Positions 43,070 to 48,155 of a stretch of DNA of 48,155 nt are shown here, one piece after another. A program made the translations under genes and the position numbers. Position 1 is the first letter of the stretch, and each line of letters starts with the position of its first letter. The notes beneath the pieces were generated by a model that saw only the letters and a program-made list of their open reading frames with translations, did no database searches and was not told the origin of the DNA. Source of the DNA: an uncultured Candidatus Saccharibacteria bacterium (lineage in GTDB: Bacteria; Patescibacteriota; Minisyncoccia; Phycocordibacterales; DATDWN01); contig CAZQYV010000001.1 of the NCBI GenBank assembly GCA_964597675.1, positions 10,903 through 59,057 on the forward strand, in the 5' to 3' direction.

Positions 43070-44542
43070 TTATTTAACCCAATGTTTTCCACGTATTTTT
43101 TTGACCTCTTGTTCGTCTGCTTCTGCTTTTGTTTCCTTACCCTCCTCGCCAAGTCGTTTTAGTTCATCAAAAGGCAAAGCAACCAATTCTCGCGCCCTTT
43201 TTTCAAGATATTCTTCTGTATTTTTAGTTGGATCCTCTAGTACTTCCTCAAGTAGTGCGTGTAGTGTGAATCCAATAACCGGTCCAGGAGTAATTCCGAG
43301 CTTTTCCATCATTGTTTTCCCATTTATTTTCAACATACCAACCGAGATTGGGTCTCGGAGTGCCTCTTCGATCATGGCATGATATTTTCGTAGACGATAT
43401 GGGTCTTCTTTAGGCCTACCAGTCCCTATACGGTCGCATATGCGTACATTCATCAAATCCCATATATTATCGCGTCCGACATTTACAATCATTCTACGGA
43501 CCGCAGAGAGCGTTATTTGCTCGGTGTCAGAAAAGAACATGTGCCATCGGACTAGTTTTGTTACCTTCTCTATAATTTTTGTTGGATATTTTAAATCTGT
43601 TAGTATTTTTTTTGCAGTACGTGCACCCAGAACCTCGTGACCATAAAAAGTCCACTGGTTTTGTTCCTTTCCCCATCTTCGTGACGCTGGTTTTGAAATA
43701 TCATGAAACAAAGCTGTTAAACGTATCTCCAGCGGATAATCTTTGTCCGCTGCATGCTGGACACTACGGAGCAAATGCTCCCAAACATGATACGAATGGG
43801 CTTTGTTTTGTTCCACCCCAATCGTTTCCTCTAGTTCAGGCACAACATACGAGAGTAAACCGCATTTCTGCATTGCAAGGAGACCCCCCATAGGGTCTCG
43901 AGACATAACTAATTTCGTAAATTCATCGCGAATTCGCTCACGAGATATGTTTTCTAAGAGGTGGCCATTTTCAAGAATTGATTTTTCTGTTTCTGGTGCA
44001 ATATCAAAACCAATATCTGCTTTGAAACGTATTGCTCGTAGAATACGGAGTCCATCTTCAGTAAAACGACTATCTGGGTTCCCCACTGTACGTATCACTT
44101 TGTCCTTTATATCCTGCTGACCTCCATAAAGGTCAATTACTTTTTTGTCAGAGACAGAGTAGGCCAGCGAGTTCATAGTAAAATCGCGTCGTTGCAGATC
44201 ATCCTCAATTTTTTGGCTAAAAATAACGGTATCTGGGTGTCTGTTATCAGAATAGTCTGATTCTATTCTGTATGGAGTGACTTCAACCACTTTTAGATTC
44301 GGGTTTTCAGTTTCCTTGTTTACAATACCAACAGTACCAAACTTGTTTTCGTAGAAGGTTTCGGTAAAAAGAGAGATAATCTGCTCAGGGACTGCATTTG
44401 TTGTCACATCCCAATCCTTTGGTTCCCTGTCAAGGATCATGTCTCGGACACAGCCCCCAACCAAAAATGCCTCAAAACCTGCCTTTTCGAGTGTCTCTGT
44501 TACATATGAAACTTCCTGAGGTATGGAGAAATCTGTTTTCAT
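43070..44542 (-). CDS. cca: CCA-adding enzyme / tRNA nucleotidyltransferase with HD domain
   Basis: FLVGGCVRD...DWDVTT nucleotidyltransferase motif, HD domain (ALFHDISKP), 490 aa with a charged C-terminal extension. Confidence 0.85.
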   Translation of the reverse strand: MKTDFSIPQEVSYVTETLEKAGFEAFLVGGCVRDMILDREPKDWDVTTNAVPEQIISLFTETFYENKFGTVGIVNKETENPNLKVVEVTPYRIESDYSDNRHPDTVIFSQKIEDDLQRRDFTMNSLAYSVSDKKVIDLYGGQQDIKDKVIRTVGNPDSRFTEDGLRILRAIRFKADIGFDIAPETEKSILENGHLLENISRERIRDEFTKLVMSRDPMGGLLAMQKCGLLSYVVPELEETIGVEQNKAHSYHVWEHLLRSVQHAADKDYPLEIRLTALFHDISKPASRRWGKEQNQWTFYGHEVLGARTAKKILTDLKYPTKIIEKVTKLVRWHMFFSDTEQITLSAVRRMIVNVGRDNIWDLMNVRICDRIGTGRPKEDPYRLRKYHAMIEEALRDPISVGMLKINGKTMMEKLGITPGPVIGFTLHALLEEVLEDPTKNTEEYLEKRARELVALPFDELKRLGEEGKETKAEADEQEVKKIRGKHWVK

Positions 44543-44652
44543 GGGAGTAAATAGTTACTTGTGGTCTCGATAATTTTCTCGCCGCCGCTCAAAAATTTCT
44601 ACGACCCCAGGACTCGCCTATTTTTTCTGGGGAAAAAATATGGCTGTGTCCC

Positions 44653-44700
44653 GCACAAGTCTTAAAAAATCTAAAGCAGTTTAGATTTTTTAGCTTGTGC
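44653..44700 (-). terminator. Long hairpin immediately 3' of tRNA-Arg that overlaps the last 3 nt of the tRNA
   Basis: Plus-strand read: GCACAAG-TCTT-AAAAAATCTAAA-GCAG-TTTAGATTTTTT-AG-CTTGTGC. The inner stem is 12 bp and perfect. Confidence 0.55.
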
Positions 44701-44769
44701 GCCCGGCAGGAATCGAACCCACATCCACGGTTCCGAAGACCGGTACTCTATCCGTTGAGCTACGGGCGC
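44698..44769 (-). tRNA. tRNA-Arg (anticodon TCG), no encoded CCA
   Basis: Hand fold: GCGCCCG TA GCTC AACGGATA GAGT A CCGGT CTTCGGA ACCGT GGAT GTGGG TTCGATT CCTGC CGGGCGC A. There is one mismatch at the top of the anticodon stem. Confidence 0.8.
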
Positions 44770-44782
44770 ATTAATTTTACTG

Positions 44783-44853
44783 TGCGGGTACCGGGAATCG
44801 AACCCGAATCTCGTCCTTGGCAAGGACGTGTTCTACCATTAAACCATACCCGC
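44783..44853 (-). tRNA. tRNA-Gly (anticodon GCC), no encoded CCA
   Basis: Hand fold: GCGGGTA TG GTTT AATGGTA GAAC A CGTCC TTGCCAA GGACG AGAT TCGGG TTCGATT CCCGG TACCCGC A. Confidence 0.85.
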
Positions 44854-44931
44854 ATTGGTAAACATCATTGATATTACACTATGCAATATAAAAATGCAAA
44901 ATAAAGTCTTGTCATGAAAGACGCCCAAAAC

Positions 44932-44952
44932 TGTGGATAAGTCTGTGGACAT
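44932..44952. promoter_or_regulatory. Two tandem DnaA boxes (one perfect) in the tRNA-Gly / yraN spacer
   Basis: TGTGGATAA (44932-44940, reverse complement of TTATCCACA) and TGTGGACAT (44944-44952). Confidence 0.4.
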
Positions 44953-45193
44953 GGGGATTAAGGACAGTCTTTGATTGACGTCAAAAATAATGGTCATTTC
45001 AGTGTCTATTGAAAAAATATGGCTTTAAATATGGGTGTATTAAAAACAGACAGTCCATTCAATGTCTGTTTTATAGGTTTTTGAAAAGTGTTTCACGTGA
45101 AAACATGGATTTATGTTCCACATGTAACATAATTGCTGGCTTCATACTTTGTACACCACTTCGTCTATCCAAACATGTCTAACATGATAGAAT

Positions 45194-45631
45194 ATGTATA
45201 TGTTTCCGAAGAAACCGACTCAAAAGCAAGTGGTGGGGAGGGCTGGAGAGGATTGTGCTTGTGAGTACTTGAGAAAAAATGGCTATACGATAGTTGATCG
45301 TAACTATTTGAGAAAATGGGGTGAAATTGATATTGTGGCTAAAAAAGGAGGGCATATTCACTTTGTAGAGGTCAAAACTGTTTCTCGTGAAATATCAGAT
45401 TCGACTGATTTTGGTGTTACACATGGAACAGTTGGTCAAAAAGGGGAGTATAGACCAGAAGATAACATGCATCCATGGAAATTGCAGAGGTTGGGGAGGG
45501 TCATACAGTCATATCTATTGGACAAAGATGTTTCAGATGAAACAGAATGGCAGTTTGATGTGGCAACAGTATATGTTGATATGGAAAGGAGAGTGTCTCG
45601 AGTATATATCCTTGATGACATTGTCCTATAG
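45194..45631 (+). CDS. yraN: YraN-family (UPF0102) endonuclease-like protein
   Basis: GRAGEDCACEYLRKNGYTIVDRNY..WGEIDIVAKKGGHIHFVEVKT, a PD-(D/E)xK-like YraN signature, with an insertion before the C-terminal strand. Confidence 0.8.
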   Translation: MYMFPKKPTQKQVVGRAGEDCACEYLRKNGYTIVDRNYLRKWGEIDIVAKKGGHIHFVEVKTVSREISDSTDFGVTHGTVGQKGEYRPEDNMHPWKLQRLGRVIQSYLLDKDVSDETEWQFDVATVYVDMERRVSRVYILDDIVL

Positions 45632-45676
45632 ATTTTGATATTAAAATATATTATGATACACTTCATTTTGTAATAA

Positions 45677-45747
45677 CGGGGTGTAGTATAGCGGTAGTAT
45701 TCATGATTTGGGATCATGCGGCCCGAGTTCGATTCTCGGCACCCCGA
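45677..45747 (+). tRNA. tRNA-Pro (anticodon TGG), no encoded CCA
   Basis: Hand fold: CGGGGTG TA GTAT AGCGGTA GTAT T CATGA TTTGGGA TCATG CGGC CCGAG TTCGATT CTCGG CACCCCG A. Confidence 0.85.
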
Positions 45748-45793
45748 CAGATACAGAAGAAACCTCACTCGAGGTTTTTTCTGTATCTGTCGG
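45744..45793 (+). terminator. 23-bp hairpin overlapping the last 4 nt of tRNA-Pro
   Basis: CCGACAGATACAGAAGAAACCTC-ACTC-GAGGTTTTTTCTGTATCTGTCGG, with one G-U. The inner part (AACCTC/GAGGTT followed by a T-run) looks like a terminator. Confidence 0.6.
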
Positions 45794-45903
45794 GAGTGAA
45801 CAAAGTCATAGTATGACTCTGTGTCCGAAATCGAAAAGCGGAGCGGGGCAGGTTTACTTTTTATAGATATTGGTATAATCTTTCGTCAGAAAGGGTTTTT
45901 GTT

Positions 45904-46461
45904 ATGAGAAAACAGGTAACTGGATGGGGTAATCTGAGTGCTGATGTAACGGGGTTGAGACGTAAAGTCAAAAAACTTAAGGAAATGATCGAGTATGTTT
46001 CGAGTCAAGATAAAGGGGTTACGGAGTTAATTAGTGACTTGAATATGAAAAGGAGAGGACGGACTATTACTCTTCTTGAGTCGAGGAATGAAGCTATTTG
46101 TCTAACTCATTCAATTGTTTTTAGAGGTTCATCACCTTTGGATCTATTGGTCCATAAAGACCATGTTAAGGTAGTTAGACTAAATAAGGCGTGGACAGAA
46201 AGCTATAGATGTTATGATAGTGACGCTGTATACACGTCTTGTAGTGGTTCAAGCTGCACAATTGCTTGTACTCGCTGTTGTGATGTGTTGTCTCATTCTT
46301 CGGTTATGGATGAGTACGGAAATAGTTATTCATTAGGTACTGACGACTTGCCATTAAATATCGAGTTCGGATCATTTTATTCTACGGAGACTATCGATCT
46401 TATCTCCGAGAAATGTTTTGGGATGGTTCCTGTCACCATGGATAACATCCTCAGTCTGTGA
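45904..46461 (+). CDS. Cys-rich cytoplasmic hypothetical protein (185 aa)
   Basis: Preceded by TATAAT (about 45873) and AAAGGG. Contains a Cys cluster CSGSSCTIACTRCC. No motif recognised. Confidence 0.5.
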   Translation: MRKQVTGWGNLSADVTGLRRKVKKLKEMIEYVSSQDKGVTELISDLNMKRRGRTITLLESRNEAICLTHSIVFRGSSPLDLLVHKDHVKVVRLNKAWTESYRCYDSDAVYTSCSGSSCTIACTRCCDVLSHSSVMDEYGNSYSLGTDDLPLNIEFGSFYSTETIDLISEKCFGMVPVTMDNILSL

Positions 46462-46560
46462 AGTTATTGCAGTATAAATGCGATGGGTTGGACCTAGCGC
46501 ATTTTCTTTTTATATAGAATTTCGTGATAGTATCAGTTTGAGTATATAATAATACGATAT

Positions 46561-46869
46561 ATGTCATCTCAATTTATAAAAAATAAAGAAAATTTTGTCT
46601 GTGAAAAGTGTGGTGCAAAGGTAGAGGGAAATGGATATACAAACCACTGTCCAGAGTGTTTGTGGTCAAAACATGTTGATGTTTTCCCTGGGGATCGGGC
46701 AGGGGACTGTGGTGGAATGATGGAGCCGGTTAGAATTGAAAAGAAAGGTAAAGAATATAATATAATCCACAAATGTCGCACCTGTGGCATTGAAAAGCCG
46801 AATAAAGCCGTGCCAGAAGATAATTTTCAAATGATTGTTCAGATTAGTGCGGAGTATGGTAACAAATAG
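46561..46869 (+). CDS. RNHCP-domain zinc-ribbon protein
   Basis: FVCEKCGAKV...YTNHCPECLWSKHVD...HKCRTCG, the RNHCP-type motif with two CxxC pairs. Confidence 0.75.
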   Translation: MSSQFIKNKENFVCEKCGAKVEGNGYTNHCPECLWSKHVDVFPGDRAGDCGGMMEPVRIEKKGKEYNIIHKCRTCGIEKPNKAVPEDNFQMIVQISAEYGNK

Positions 46870-46871
46870 GT

Positions 46872-47035
46872 AAAAAAATTTCTCGCTCAGTGTATTTTTT
46901 CTGGCGCAATCTATCTAGCCCTACTGAGCTAGCGAACTTCTCGTCGTTCAAGAAAACAATGTCGGAATACCTCCTTGTTTTCTAAACTTCTGCGAAAGGC
47001 GCCAGTCAAAACACACCTTCACAAGGAATTTTGTG
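46872..47035 (-). repeat. Structured intergenic element, type C copy 2 (sense = minus strand)
   Basis: The core is ~96% identical to 1281-1441. The closing helix changes compensatorily (CTGGCGC/GCGCCAG here versus TTGAGC/GCTCCAA in copy 1). Hairpin CTAGCTC AGTA GGGCTAG has a U-G only on the minus strand. Confidence 0.8.
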
Positions 47036-47049
47036 ACAAGTATTTAAGG

Positions 47050-47173
47050 ACAAAACCTCTTGCTCAGTACATCTTTTACCTCACACACATAAAAGCCTGC
47101 TGGCTTTTTGCTCTGCTCGGCCCGTCGGCCTGCGCAAGGTTCGTCAAAAGACGTACTTTCGCCAAAGTTTTGT
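47050..47173 (-). repeat. Structured intergenic element, type B copy 3 (sense = minus strand), in tandem with type C copy 2
   Basis: The core is identical to B2. Closing helix AGTACGTCTTTTGAC / GGTAAAAGATGTACT has two G-U pairs on the minus strand only. Outer helix ACAAAAC (47050-47056) / GTTTTGT (47167-47173). Confidence 0.85.
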
Positions 47174-47191
47174 ATAAGAGATGGGAGGAGA

Positions 47192-48155
47192 TTATTTCTT
47201 TAACTCATCAATAATTATTTTGGAAAGGGTAGGGGCGATTGTTGTGTTGAAAATACGACTAACCTCGTCGGGATTTTGTGAGAGAAGGTCAGAGAGATTA
47301 CCGGTTGTTTCTTCTAGGAGACTGCGGTTTATGTGAGAGAGTGTAATTGCTCGCAGATCACGGTCACTCGTTTCTTTTCCATCAGAGCTAGTCGTAATAA
47401 TACCAATCAGTTTATTGTCACCGTCCACCACTGCACCGCCAGATGCACCTTTTTGTGATACGACAGTGCCGGGTACTGAAATAAGATCAACAGTATTTTG
47501 CTTATAGGTATATATTTTTTTAATTGTTGTGATTGCGGTTGTGATATTGAGATCTTGCAAGACTGAAAGCCCACCAAGAAAGCCAGCGGGGTAGGAGGCG
47601 AGTAGGACTGGGTCACCTTCAGCTGTGATTTCTTGTGTATTTGGAGCAATATAATTAAATGTCGGTAGAGGTTCCTTGTTTATACTATTTGTTATTCTAA
47701 GGAGGGCAAAATCGTGTTCACCTGTGCCCTGCGGGTTACTTTGCTTTAGTAAGTCTTTATTTGATTCGACCCAACGCGGTGAAATATACATTAGTTCGAC
47801 GTTGTATCGTGGGTAGGCAGGGCTTCCTGTACGTACAATACAATGGACATAATTTTTTTCTCTAAAATCTTGAACTAAAAAATACTGACCAATATGTGCG
47901 TTCGTTAGGATAATGCCACGGGCATCAATAATAACACCGGTGCCGGTGATGGGGGAGAGTTCACCTCCTTTTGTGGTGCAGAGAATATTGACCACTGATT
48001 TTCTGCTGGTCTCATTGATTTTAACAAAGTCTGGTGTGGGTTTTTGTACGACAGGTGTCTGTACCACAATCGTCGTTGTACTTGTTACTTCTGGGATTGG
48101 TTTTTTAACCACCTTTTTAACTGGTGTGGTGGTTGAGGTTTGTTTGACTAGGACA
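47192..48155 (-). CDS. Trypsin-like (S1 family) serine protease, N-terminus runs off the right window edge
   Basis: GTGVIIDARGIILTNAHI (His), DFALLRI (Asp) and GASGGAVVD (Ser). The reading frame stays open upstream of the track start (48112) all the way to the window end. Confidence 0.8.
   Translation of the reverse strand, partial: VLVKQTSTTTPVKKVVKKPIPEVTSTTTIVVQTPVVQKPTPDFVKINETSRKSVVNILCTTKGGELSPITGTGVIIDARGIILTNAHIGQYFLVQDFREKNYVHCIVRTGSPAYPRYNVELMYISPRWVESNKDLLKQSNPQGTGEHDFALLRITNSINKEPLPTFNYIAPNTQEITAEGDPVLLASYPAGFLGGLSVLQDLNITTAITTIKKIYTYKQNTVDLISVPGTVVSQKGASGGAVVDGDNKLIGIITTSSDGKETSDRDLRAITLSHINRSLLEETTGNLSDLLSQNPDEVSRIFNTTIAPTLSKIIIDELKK

Noticed and set aside
44543-44652. Possible degenerate family element between cca and tRNA-Arg (TTTTTGAGCGGCGGCGAGAAAATTAT on the minus strand, and a CCCCAG...CTGGGG hairpin).
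   Set aside because: Only the 3'-flank-like word resembles the family. No junction motifs or AGCA hairpin are present, so the evidence is insufficient.
45436-45768. 110-aa minus-strand ORF.
   Set aside because: It overlaps the 3' half of yraN and the whole tRNA-Pro gene, so it is an artefact.
1281-47173. Could the dispersed repeats be a CRISPR array or CRISPR remnants?
   Set aside because: The copies are 123-164 nt long, scattered singly in different spacers on both strands, internally palindromic, and not separated by regular unique spacers. No cas genes are in the window.

Overview
AT-rich, gene-dense 48,155-bp chromosomal window that includes the replication-origin neighbourhood: rpmH-rnpA-yidC lie divergent from dnaA-dnaN, with DnaA boxes in the dnaA-dnaN spacer. 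Gene content suggests a Candidate Phyla Radiation/Patescibacteria-type genome (inference). The pointers are a T4SS_pilin-like pilin, a PrgI/VirB4/VirB6-like set, SWIB, RNHCP and NYN proteins, a short YebC, and tRNAs without encoded CCA. Housekeeping genes recognised: a partial FEN/Pol I-type 5'-3' exonuclease, tsaE, a PilB/GspE ATPase, ruvB, yebC, ruvC, tyrS, a class A PBP, dnaN, dnaA, rpmH (absent from the ORF track), rnpA and yidC. Also rsmA, a UvrD/PcrA helicase, a LysM-M23 peptidase, comM/yifB, pnp, a DksA/TraR-like protein, rpsO, a XerC/D-type recombinase, xth, cca, yraN, a partial S1 protease, and tRNA-Arg, tRNA-Gly and tRNA-Pro. Two things stand out. (1) 14688-28655 is a tightly packed, mostly minus-strand cluster beside the origin. 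It encodes a Gram-positive-type type IV secretion-like apparatus: a VirB2-like pilin fused to a possible LAS/M15 hydrolase domain, a PrgI/VirB3-like protein, a VirB4 ATPase plus a free-standing N-domain-like protein, and a very large VirB6/TrbL-like protein. Several secreted or membrane proteins of unknown function and a peptidoglycan-binding protein accompany them. No relaxase, coupling protein or VirB11 is present in the window. (2) At least ten copies (summed spans 1343 nt) of a family of 123-164-nt intergenic elements sit at gene 3' ends. They share a conserved three-way-junction architecture. Junction sequences are conserved, while all helices change between copies but stay complementary, with G-U wobbles on one strand only. 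I do not recognise this as a known RNA family or mobile element. Smaller oddities include a GC-rich secreted coiled-coil gene (1518-2207), a 166-nt long-range hairpin upstream of ruvB, an orphan 377-bp convergent spacer with its own terminator, perfect DnaA boxes far from dnaA, and long hairpins that sequester tRNA 3' ends.
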